IMG/VR virus record: IMGVR_UViG_3300010162_000011
DNA length: 64,000 bases
Reading direction: 5' to 3' (one strand)
Source: a virus
Shown: positions 18,988-28,307 of the stretch, one piece after another
Position numbering within the stretch: position 1 is the first letter of the stretch
Layout: each line of letters opens with the position of its first letter
Program-made: the position numbers and the translations under genes
Notes under the pieces: model-generated
What the model was told of the DNA's origin: nothing
Databases searched by the model: none
Seen by the model: only the letters and a program-made list of their open reading frames with translations

Positions 18988-19792
18988 ATCTATATTTTTT
19001 TTATCTGTTATCAATTCTAAAAATTATATTCGTAATATAATCTAAATAATATTTTCTGAACCATAAAAAATAACCCCACTGACAACTACTCATTTGAGTA
19101 CACATTGACCTTGAGCAACTTATAGGTCTAAATACCATTTGAATATTATTTTATTATATGCTGAAAACTAAAAAAATGGTCAAAATCATAGGTAAAAAAT
19201 TTTAAAATGGTATTTTTACATGAGAGATGTGTTATTCTAAAAAACAATTAACATATTTTAACATTTAATTAATAATTTTTTTGAAATTCCATCCTACCAT
19301 CTCAAATAACATTTTACTACAATTTTAATTTCATTTTGGACCACGCTTCGCCAGGTCATAACTATTTAGTTACAATCACATTTCATTCATATATTATTAC
19401 ATAATAACATAGTAATAATATTATGATATTATCATATTTTACTATTATTTTAAATGTTATTTTTATAATATTTAAAATGAAATAACAAGTGCGAAGTCAT
19501 TTTTATTGTTCAGTATAGGCATCGTGCTATTATTCCGAACTGAATGTATCAAACGGTTTCGCCTTGTGATTAATATGTTATCAATATAATATTCACATAT
19601 TATTCTGATCTAATTACGAATGATATAAGAGAATAACGTCCCTTTGTTATTTCGTATGCTATTAATATAATATTTAAATATTATTCTGATCGTGTTTTGG
19701 TTTTAACATATTTTAACATTTATTTTGTGGGGTGGTTTTTAAATGTTAAAATATCATAAAATATAATTTAACATATTTTAACATTTAATATG

Positions 19793-20107
19793 TTACAGTG
19801 TCATCAATACTTTTCGGTTTTTTCGTTCTTGTTCTTCTTTTATACGTTGTTTTTCGCATTCGTTACATCCTGCTCCGTACACTATATATGTTTCTACTGT
19901 TGCGCCTTGTTTGCATAGTTTTTTGAGTGTATTTAGGTCTTTTTGTTTTGGTTTATCTGAAAACAGTGTATTGTTTATAAGTGTTATATTATCAATTTTT
20001 GCCGCCCATTTTTTACGTGTTTTTGGACTGATATAATATGCCTTGTAAACATTGTTACCGTGGTCTTGAAAAAAAAAGTCTTCTATTAATGTTTTATCTG
20101 CTGCCAT
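19793..20107 (-). CDS. paralogue family P4 protein
   Basis: Y.SPKT.K.W...P.QKDLN.LK.LCK.G shared with 27474-27755; start moved to MAADK. Confidence 0.75.
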   Translation of the reverse strand: MAADKTLIEDFFFQDHGNNVYKAYYISPKTRKKWAAKIDNITLINNTLFSDKPKQKDLNTLKKLCKQGATVETYIVYGAGCNECEKQRIKEEQERKNRKVLMTL

Positions 20108-20314
20108 AAAAAAAATTTTCGATATTATTACAAATATAATAATACCGAAAATTATAATAATAATCAAAAAAAATACTTTACGTTTTTATAAGTTTTAACT
20201 TTTGAGGTTTCACTTTTTTGAGGGTAATTTTACCGTTACCATCTTCAATGATAAAATGTAACGGGTTATTTTCATAGTGTTTTAGACTTCTTTTTATTTC
20301 GTCTATTGTCATAA

Positions 20315-20551
20315 CTACCCTTTTTTATAATGTGGTAACGCCCTTAAAAATAGTTTATCCTGTATTTCATTAAACTCGTGGAACAAGTTTATTTTTGCTG
20401 CTTCCGTCACATCTTCATCGGATTCTCCGCTCAATATTTTACTAATATCGTCGAGACGTGCCACGTCGCTACTTCTATAGTATTCGGGTAGGTATGCTTC
20501 TAAAAAGTCTAATATACCACCCATTTTTAAAGTTACTTTATTATAAGTCAT
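20315..20551 (-). CDS. hypothetical protein
   Basis: Behind motif A 20571. Confidence 0.75.
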   Translation of the reverse strand: MTYNKVTLKMGGILDFLEAYLPEYYRSSDVARLDDISKILSGESDEDVTEAAKINLFHEFNEIQDKLFLRALPHYKKG

Positions 20552-20599
20552 ATTATTTTTTATTATAGTTTTAATATAATTTGAATAATATTTTCTGAT

Positions 20600-21076
20600 C
20601 TAATTACAGTTATGTTGTTGGTTATCCCACACAATTTGCCCACATTTTTCGCACGTTGTTTTACGTTTTTCAGTTGTTTCAATTTGTTTTCGTAGATGTT
20701 TAATAACATCCCTTGTGCATAAGTCCCACTTTTTTGCTTGTTCCAATCTACTCAAATGTTCTATATTTTGTTCGTGTTTTTCTTGCACCGTTTGCAATTT
20801 GTTTTCTTCAATTAATTGCATTACCCATTTTACGCACTGTGAACGTCTATATGGATCGGTCATGTAATGTACGCTGTGCCAATCGGAATACCCTACAAAG
20901 CGTATTGTGTCCTTTGTTGTTTTTAAAAGCAACGGGTGTCCCCATGCTTTATTAAGTTTGTTCAACTGGTTTACGGTAAGGTTACAACCGTCTTTTTCAA
21001 TTTCTTTTTTTGACAAAGCGCATTCGTTACAACCGTTTGGGAAGTGAATACACGTAATTCTATTTTCTATTTTCAT
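20600..21076 (-). CDS. Cys-rich hypothetical protein
   Basis: CNEC and CEKC motifs; behind motif A 21106. Confidence 0.75.
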   Translation of the reverse strand: MKIENRITCIHFPNGCNECALSKKEIEKDGCNLTVNQLNKLNKAWGHPLLLKTTKDTIRFVGYSDWHSVHYMTDPYRRSQCVKWVMQLIEENKLQTVQEKHEQNIEHLSRLEQAKKWDLCTRDVIKHLRKQIETTEKRKTTCEKCGQIVWDNQQHNCN

Positions 21077-21154
21077 GATATTATTTTTTTAAGATTATTA
21101 TGCTATTAATATAATATTAAGATATTATTCTGATCGAATAATAGAGGGGACTTT

Positions 21155-21382
21155 TTATTGTCCCCGTCTTTCGATTGTGTTTTGGTTTAACACGTCTATT
21201 GAATGTTTTGATAAATTGAATGACCTTTTACCGAGTTGGTCAAAGATAATATTCAATTCTTTTTCAATTCTTTTTGTGTCGGTCATATTAAAACCTATTC
21301 CCTCAAATAGTTTTTCAATCAACCTGTCTTGAGTGCTGCATATCAAATCTAGTGCAACAATTTTTGCTGTCCTACTTGTCAT
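21155..21382 (-). CDS. hypothetical protein
   Basis: Behind motif A 21407. Confidence 0.75.
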   Translation of the reverse strand: MTSRTAKIVALDLICSTQDRLIEKLFEGIGFNMTDTKRIEKELNIIFDQLGKRSFNLSKHSIDVLNQNTIERRGQ

Positions 21383-21436
21383 TTTATATTATTTTTAATT
21401 ATAGTTTTAATATAATGTTTACTAATATTTCTGATC

Positions 21437-21552
21437 AAAAAAAGCGTCTTTAACTGTGATAACTTGACGCTCGGAAGTTTTGTATCGGGATTTTACGTTT
21501 GAAACAGTCAAATAACCTTTATTTTCCGTAAAGGTTTATAATCCCGTTGTAA
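21437..21552 (-). ncRNA. candidate structured small RNA with its own motif-A promoter and terminator
   Basis: No ATG-started ORF; outer stem CGGGATT/AATCCCG, inner AACCTTTA/TAAAGGTT, terminator AGCGTC/GACGCT plus T-run; promoter at 21557-21586. Confidence 0.55.
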
Positions 21553-21760
21553 TTGTAAATATACTTATAAATAGTATAATCTGATCATAAAATCGTTGTG
21601 GGAGTAAATAAATGTTAAAATATTATAAAATGACTTTAACATATTTTAACATTTATATTGAGGTGTACTCATTTGAGTACATACCATGTGAGAAACGCGG
21701 TGTGTTTCTCAACAAACCGCGTTAGAAAATTCGATAAGAATTTTTATATGAAATTACCTT

Positions 21761-22177
21761 TTATTCGTCATCTTCTTCGTCCCCGTCATCTTCGTCGTCG
21801 TCCGCATCTTCGTATTCTTCTAAAATATCGCGGATATCGGTATCTGAAAGGTCATCATCGTTTTCAATGATATAGTCTACCATTTCGTCAATATCAATCC
21901 AATCTTCTACCCTCGACGTAGAAATAATGTTGCCATTGTGGTCAAATTTTGCCCAATCGTCATTGTCCCTGAAATTACCGTAGTTTATCCGACAAATAAC
22001 GTCACTGTATAAATCTTTAACGCCGCAGAAAAACTCGTTGAAAAACGTTTCAATATCGTAAATTTCGTCGTCTCCGTAATTCATTGCCTCACAATATTGA
22101 TGGTGCAAATCTACTAAGTCACGCTCATGTATTTGCTGAAGATGTTCACACAAATCATTTTTTAATTTATCATTCAT
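21761..22177 (-). CDS. very acidic protein (DNA-mimic candidate)
   Basis: YGNFRDNDDWAKFDHNGN core and long D/E tail. Confidence 0.8.
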   Translation of the reverse strand: MNDKLKNDLCEHLQQIHERDLVDLHHQYCEAMNYGDDEIYDIETFFNEFFCGVKDLYSDVICRINYGNFRDNDDWAKFDHNGNIISTSRVEDWIDIDEMVDYIIENDDDLSDTDIRDILEEYEDADDDEDDGDEEDDE

Positions 22178-22256
22178 TGTACTTTTATTTTATTATTATT
22201 ATTATGAAATCAAATTTACTAACATTTTTAATATAATTCAAATAGTATTATCTGAT

Positions 22257-22409
22257 CTAACTGTTTATGTATCTATAGGAACTAATACCTTTGAAACGTT
22301 TTTGACACAAACGGTCGCAAAATTGTTTTGTTACGCCTGTGCGCTCGCCTATTAATTGAAAATTGCATCCGCAATTACGACAAATATAATATGTTATTTC
22401 CTTATTCAT
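22257..22409 (-). CDS. small zinc-finger protein (50 aa)
   Basis: Own translation MNKEITYYICRNCGC...FCDRLCQ behind motif A 22439. Confidence 0.6.
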   Translation of the reverse strand: MNKEITYYICRNCGCNFQLIGERTGVTKQFCDRLCQKRFKGISSYRYINS

Positions 22410-22653
22410 TGAATATTATTTTTTAGATTATTATACTTTTAATATAATATTAAAATAATATTCTGATCGGATATGGATTTTAACATATTTTAACATTTAA
22501 AAAACAAGGGTCGCTCAAGTGAGCGACGCTGTTTTATTTTCGTTTCCTTTGTTGTTTGTTCGGTCGGTATACTATTTGTGGTTCGATACTGTTTCCTTTG
22601 AATACAGCGTAATAACCGCCTCCCAATTCCCATGTATTTTCATTCATATCATT

Positions 22654-22869
22654 TTAGTTTAAAATTCGTTCTACTTCGCAACGTGTAGGGTAACAATAGT
22701 AATGATATTTTTGACCTCTGTATTGTATTGTCCCACTTCTTAAACTTGTACACGCCGCCAAAAAATGTGCCTTAAAACGTCTGTCGTTCCCTGTTTCATT
22801 AAGGTACTGAATAAGTCCATCACCATTGAAACCGTTATTTTCCAAATAATTTTTTATTTTATCTATCAT
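22654..22869 (-). CDS. hypothetical protein
   Basis: Behind motif A 22898. Confidence 0.7.
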   Translation of the reverse strand: MIDKIKNYLENNGFNGDGLIQYLNETGNDRRFKAHFLAACTSLRSGTIQYRGQKYHYYCYPTRCEVERILN

Positions 22870-23038
22870 TGTATTATTATTTTTTTTGATTATAGTCTTA
22901 ATATAATTTGAATAATATTTTCTGAACCAGTTTAAAAATAGATGTTAAAATATCATAATGAATTTTAACATATTTTAACATTTATTTTTATAGATTATAA
23001 AAAAGGGACTTTTTACGTCCCTTTTTCTGTATTCCTTT

Positions 23039-23515
23039 TTATTCGTTTTCCTCTTTCAATATTTCAACAATGTTTTCCGCGTTGTTGTCAATATAGTCTA
23101 CCAATTCAGTAGGTAGATAAAAACGTAATGTAACGAAAACATAATCCAAATTTTCAACGTGTTTTTCATTGAAATTACCGCTGCTACTGGTGAAAACGAA
23201 TTCGCCGCCGCCCACATCTTCGCCTTTTTCCATTATTGCAACAATATCTTTTAAACTTGCGTCACATCCTCCGACAAAACAATCGGAACTATCATGTCCC
23301 TCATCATAAGATGCGCCACTAACATAATCGCTCAAAATTTCGCGATACTTTTGTTCAAATATGTAAATTTGTTTGTTTATCAATTCCCAATCCTCAGTAT
23401 TAGGTTTTCGGTCGTTATCATTCTCAAACATTTCATTGATAACGTCTTCTGGGGCGGTTTCTAATGACCAACCAATGTTTACAAATTTTTCTGAAAACAA
23501 ATTTTTTAATTCCAT
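23039..23515 (-). CDS. acidic protein, paralogue family P2
   Basis: Motifs shared with 5962-6426. Confidence 0.85.
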   Translation of the reverse strand: MELKNLFSEKFVNIGWSLETAPEDVINEMFENDNDRKPNTEDWELINKQIYIFEQKYREILSDYVSGASYDEGHDSSDCFVGGCDASLKDIVAIMEKGEDVGGGEFVFTSSSGNFNEKHVENLDYVFVTLRFYLPTELVDYIDNNAENIVEILKEENE

Positions 23516-23600
23516 TTCTTTATTTTTTTTAATTATTATTTTTAAATTATAGTCTTAATATAATTTGAATGATATTATCTGATCTGTACTCATTTGAGTA

Positions 23601-23785
23601 GTAAAAAAAATACCCCCCTAAGTCTAATCATCTAACTATCGGGGGGCGGAATCCCGCAATGATGGGCAGATATTGCCGGCGATGCCCTGCGCGGGGGTGG
23701 AACGGGTGGTTTTATTTCAAACCATCGGAGTCCGTTCCGTTCTACTTAATCGGGGACGGCGTCCCATTTTACGGACTAAGGGCGT
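23601..23785 (-). ncRNA. candidate GC-rich structured RNA / 3' element
   Basis: Stems GGGAC/GTCCC, GGAACGG/CCGTTCC, GGGCA/TGCCC nested in CCCGC/GCGGG; ends in CCCCCC/GGGGGG plus T-run. Confidence 0.5.
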
Positions 23786-23959
23786 TTATCCCTCAATGTC
23801 CATAATAAACTTAATGAAACTTTTATAATTCTCTGGCGGGTAACTTTCAAAGAAAGCATCTTGCGCATCGGGATCTTGTAAGGCTTGATATAATCTACCA
23901 TAACTACCTTTTGAGGATGCTAATTGCAAAATTCCATTTAAAATTTCTTCTCGTGTCAT
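23786..23959 (-). CDS. hypothetical protein (57 aa)
   Basis: Own translation MTREEILNGILQLASSKGSYGRLY...; behind motif A 23988. Confidence 0.7.
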   Translation of the reverse strand: MTREEILNGILQLASSKGSYGRLYQALQDPDAQDAFFESYPPENYKSFIKFIMDIEG

Positions 23960-24084
23960 TTCTTATATTTTTTTTATTCTTATGTTATCAATATAATTTG
24001 TGTTCTTTTTTCTGATCCAACTACTCATTTGAGTTTATAAAAACGGGTGGGGTATTTTTTACCCCTCCCGTAATTTGTTACTTT

Positions 24085-24330
24085 TTATAACCAGACTAAT
24101 TCTAGGTCTAAAAATTTGCTTTTATTCAGTCCGCTGAAACTTGCAATGTGGTTTCCAGTTGTTGCGCTCCATCCTGTCCAGTGGCGTACCATTGTACCAT
24201 CCGCGTTTCTTGTCATTATAACAGTTCCGTAACTGAATAACCTTTGTGAACCGTCGGCGAGGGGTTGCACTACTGCTTTTCCGTAAAAACTTTTGCGTCC
24301 GTTTGTTGGGACTAATTCGTATGTACTCAT
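24085..24330 (-). CDS. conserved small phage protein
   Basis: RKSFYGKA...L.SY.T...WSATT..HI..F. Confidence 0.8.
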   Translation of the reverse strand: MSTYELVPTNGRKSFYGKAVVQPLADGSQRLFSYGTVIMTRNADGTMVRHWTGWSATTGNHIASFSGLNKSKFLDLELVWL

Positions 24331-25101
24331 TTTTTTGTTATTTTTATTGTTATTATTATGCTTTTAATATAATTTCTATTCTTTTTTCTGATCCGCTATT
24401 TTTTTTGTTGGTAGTACTTGCTGTCGCAATTTATACAAAGATAATGTTTTAAATCCTCAACATGACTACCACACCACAAACATTTTTTATTTTCCATTTG
24501 AATATTATTTTTTAGATTATTATACTTTTAATATAATATTAAAATAATATTCTGATCTAATTTTATACAGACGATTTTAAATGTTAAAATATCATAATAT
24601 TATTTTAACATATTTTAACATTTATATTTTTTCCTACTATTTATATTTGTAATAGAAAATAATGTTTTTATCATTACCTTTTATTTCAAAAGAAACGTTC
24701 TTTAACGTAACTGTAAGCAACCGCAACTGTTAGGAATAACCTCTGGAAGGTGGAAGAATTAAACGTCCTATAATACAGACAAAAGCAACCGCAAACAAAA
24801 GCGTAAAATAATATTTCAAATGTAATTATTAAGTAGTGTAAAAACCTCTAAAACTATAACAACTAACTAAATAGGGTAAAACCTGTAATATTATTGTTTG
24901 CTCTAAATTGAAACATATACAGAGGAATTTTTTTGTATTTTAAAATGTTAAAATATGAAAAAACGGACAAAACCTACTGGTGTCTACGCTGTTTCCCGCG
25001 TACTTTCGGTCTTGTCCGTTTTTATTTTAATTAAACTTATCTATTATTATATCATATTATTATTACTTCTGGGGGGTCTTTGTTTGTCGCTTTCTTATTC
25101 A

Positions 25102-25338
25102 TTACGCCGCTAATTTTATGTTTCTACTTCTGATGTCTCTGCGAAAATGTAGGGTAACTTCTCGAATATTTACGTGTTCCATAAAATATTTTGTTCCGAT
25201 TACATTTCCCTTTTTATCCTTGCATACATAACCGTACACGTTGTTTTCGTTTGCCGTCCACTTCTCAATATCTAAGTCGTTTTTGTGGGTATCCACGTTT
25301 GTAACATTTATCGTTCTTTTATATTCTACTACGTACAT
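25102..25338 (-). CDS. hypothetical protein
   Basis: Behind motif A 25369. Confidence 0.75.
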   Translation of the reverse strand: MYVVEYKRTINVTNVDTHKNDLDIEKWTANENNVYGYVCKDKKGNVIGTKYFMEHVNIREVTLHFRRDIRSRNIKLAA

Positions 25339-25398
25339 TTTTTTTTTATTTTTTAGATTATTATATTCTTAATATAATTTTAATGATATTATCTGATC

Positions 25399-25722
25399 CT
25401 AAAAATCTCTCTCAATGTAACCTCTAACCGCGTCATCAATATCTGAAGCATCGCTAACAAAAGCAAAAACAGTATTATCAATTTCTAAAGTGAAACCGTT
25501 ACCACTCGGCCAGTTGTTGTATTGTTCAAAACTAATTAATGCTATTTCGTCATCCTCTTTTATGGCAACGTAACCGCACCAATCGCCCGCCGAACTTGTC
25601 GTATCAATGTAGTCCGCTCTGATAACATCTTTACAACTTTGTAACCAATTTTTAGGAGTGTACCACGTCGATCCTTCACCAAATTCTACCTCTCTACTCA
25701 AAAAATATTTTAATGCGCTCAT
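25399..25722 (-). CDS. paralogue family P3 protein
   Basis: TTSSAGDWCGY; start moved to MSALKY behind motif A 25763. Confidence 0.8.
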   Translation of the reverse strand: MSALKYFLSREVEFGEGSTWYTPKNWLQSCKDVIRADYIDTTSSAGDWCGYVAIKEDDEIALISFEQYNNWPSGNGFTLEIDNTVFAFVSDASDIDDAVRGYIERDF

Positions 25723-25792
25723 CTTATTTATTTTTATTTGATTATTATTTTTAATTATAGTTTTAATATAATTTGAATAATATGTTCTGATC

Positions 25793-26014
25793 CTAATCAA
25801 TCCAGACGATAATACCTAATTCTTCAATATATTCTTTTTTCGCTAAAACAAAAACCTCACTGCCGATTTTTGCGTCTACAAACTTTGCCGAAGATTCGCC
25901 GCCGTCTAGAATAACTTCATAACTATCTACCCAAACGCCGCCAACATCAACCGTTCTTTTTCCCGTTTTTTTTACCCATGTATATCTTAACATAATATCT
26001 ATTTTTTTAACCAT
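25793..26014 (-). CDS. hypothetical protein
   Basis: ORF track. Confidence 0.7.
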   Translation of the reverse strand: MVKKIDIMLRYTWVKKTGKRTVDVGGVWVDSYEVILDGGESSAKFVDAKIGSEVFVLAKKEYIEELGIIVWID

Positions 26015-26304
26015 TTTATAACCGAACTAAAACAAACCAAACAAATTAATATGATTATCATATCCCCAAAAGTAAATTGTTTGATTATAACTGATAACAC
26101 AAATAAAACTATTATTACAAATATAAGACTTTTAACAAACTTTTTCATTTTTCTTTGATTATTAATTTTATTCAATATAAATTTATAATAATATTCTGAA
26201 CCACATTGAAATTAAATGTTAAAATATGTTAATTCAATTTTTACATATTTTAACATTTATATTTTAACACAAAAAAAATCGGGACTATGTCCCGAAAATT
26301 GTTT

Positions 26305-26859
26305 TTATAAGTCTATTACTTTCAATTCGTTTTTCGCCGTTTCAATAACTTCTTTAATCTTTGCCGCTTCGGTCGGGTTGTTTCGTTCCATACACATCAA
26401 AACACTTTCAAAAACTTCTTTTACCTTGTATATTCTACTGTGATAACAATTGTCTACAAAAACTTCTTTTGTAATATCCTCGCCGATGTAACCTTTGGGA
26501 CAATTATCAAAAAAATCACCAAAAAGTTTTTTCAGTATTTCGCGGTCGTTCTCGATATTTGCGTTATAATAACATACGCAATCATCTTTGTAATTGCCGC
26601 AAACTTCACACTTTTCGTATTTTACTTTTATGCTCTCATCATTTTTGTATGTTTCGCACAAAGTTATGTACGCTGCAAACAAATTCATATAACGCTCATG
26701 GTCGTCGCAACAACCGAATTCATCCTCAAACATAGTCATCGGATCTGTCGGGTAATCGCCGTTTCCGGTATCGTAATAATACATTTCTGCATAATTTTCT
26801 GCCACACTTTTCAATTCATCCAGCGAAATCGTCAAGTCATTATATCTAAAATCTTTCAT
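26305..26859 (-). CDS. acidic Cys-containing hypothetical protein
   Basis: CEVCG...CVC; behind motif A 26890. Confidence 0.75.
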   Translation of the reverse strand: MKDFRYNDLTISLDELKSVAENYAEMYYYDTGNGDYPTDPMTMFEDEFGCCDDHERYMNLFAAYITLCETYKNDESIKVKYEKCEVCGNYKDDCVCYYNANIENDREILKKLFGDFFDNCPKGYIGEDITKEVFVDNCYHSRIYKVKEVFESVLMCMERNNPTEAAKIKEVIETAKNELKVIDL

Positions 26860-27473
26860 GTTTATATGTTTTTTTGATTATTAATACTTTTAATATAAAT
26901 TTAAAATAATATTCTGATCCATATCAAAATAAATGTTAAAATATCATAATGAATTTTAACATATTTTAACATTCATTTTAGTAAAGAAAAAGCAAGGGAC
27001 TTTCACAGTCCCATGCCTCTATATATGTATTGCCCACACTTGAATAAGGCGCAAGTCACCCGTCCATTTAAACTCATGACCATCCGGATCTTCATTGTCT
27101 TTATAAACTATTTCCGAAAAAATATCGTGCATCTCATCTTCTGTTCCGGAATAAATCGTACCGTTATCATCTACTATTTCCCAATTATTTTTCATTTTAT
27201 CCTATGTTATTTACAATTATTACACTACCAACAAGAACCATAATACTTACAATCGAATATGTTATTAAAAACACCCATTTTTCTTTGTTATTCATATCTT
27301 TTTCTTTTTAATTATTATTTTTTATTATATCTTTAATATAATTTGAATAGTATGTTCTGATCATATAAAAATGTCCCACCCGAACAAACGAGCGGAACAC
27401 TGCATAATAATCAAAAAAGAAGCGCGTTTCACAACGGGCATAATATTGTTATATATACTCATTTGAGTATCTT

Positions 27474-27755
27474 TTATTTTCCGTAAATACCGCCTTTTTT
27501 GCATAACGCTTTCAAACGGTTTAAATCCTTTTGTGTTGGTCCCTCACTGTTTTTTGTCGCATCAACCAACGGCATGTCATCAGTGACTATTGACCAACGT
27601 TTGTATGTTTTGGGTGACTCGTATATAACTCTATAATGTCCATAACCCCGAAACTCAAATGTAAAGTCTAATAACGAAACCCTTTCTTTGCCACTTTTTT
27701 TACCACTGGTTAAACCCATTAGGTAACGCTCGGTATATCCTATAGTATTATTCAT
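27474..27755 (-). CDS. paralogue family P4 protein
   Basis: Motifs shared with 19793-20107; start moved to MNNTIG; flanked by motif B on both sides. Confidence 0.8.
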   Translation of the reverse strand: MNNTIGYTERYLMGLTSGKKSGKERVSLLDFTFEFRGYGHYRVIYESPKTYKRWSIVTDDMPLVDATKNSEGPTQKDLNRLKALCKKGGIYGK

Positions 27756-27790
27756 TTTATTCAATTTTAAGTACTCATTTGAGTATATTG

Positions 27791-28072
27791 TTAAACACAA
27801 ATTAATCTTCCCTTGCTATCCACGTCAAAGTAACCCTGACTACCATCTTTGCTGATACGTCCCGAAGTTCCTTTGTAATTCCTGCCGCCCTCTCTTTTTG
27901 CTATTTTGGACTGTCTAACCGCTTTTTCGTTTGCCGTTTTTCCTGAAGCGCGCCCACGTGTTCCAAATTCCGGACGATTTTCTTGTCCCCATTTTTCCAC
28001 TAAAAAAGCGTTTGAAAACCTTATTTCCTCTGTTTTTTCGCTATTAGCGTTATTCTTTTTTACAAGTATCAT
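27791..28072 (-). CDS. basic hypothetical protein
   Basis: Behind motif A 28101. Confidence 0.7.
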   Translation of the reverse strand: MILVKKNNANSEKTEEIRFSNAFLVEKWGQENRPEFGTRGRASGKTANEKAVRQSKIAKREGGRNYKGTSGRISKDGSQGYFDVDSKGRLICV

Positions 28073-28133
28073 TTTTTTATTTTTTTTAATTATTATGCTC
28101 TTAATATAAATATTATCTTTTTTTCTGAACCGC

Positions 28134-28307
28134 TTACAAATACCTTTGTATGAAAGTTCCGCGTTCCGCTAAAGTCGGATTTTCTATACTTGTTTCGATC
28201 AAATTACCTTTGCTGTATGCACGAAGTACGAAACTATTACCTTTTTTGAAACCTATGATCTTGACCCCAAAATCGTTGAAAATGACTCCCGTTCTTAACC
28301 GTTCCAT
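28134..28307 (-). CDS. hypothetical protein
   Basis: Start moved to MERLRT behind motif A 28339. Confidence 0.65.
   Translation of the reverse strand: MERLRTGVIFNDFGVKIIGFKKGNSFVLRAYSKGNLIETSIENPTLAERGTFIQRYL

Larger units (their letters stand above)
2194..27785. repeat. Near-palindromic 14-bp site TACTCATTTGAGTA (motif B), 14 copies
   Basis: Starts at 2194,4168,5896,7503,9036,11784,14666,16727,19087,21666,23587,24022,27456,27772 (4168 and 24022 end in T). 6-bp arms with a TT core on the plus strand in all copies. None seen after 28 kb. Confidence 0.9.

Noticed and set aside
24620..25090. Non-coding gap with duplicated AAGCAACCGCAA and an ACGGACAA/TTGTCCGT hairpin
   Set aside because: Only a two-copy 12-mer and a terminator-like stem; not enough to call an RNA gene or repeat array.
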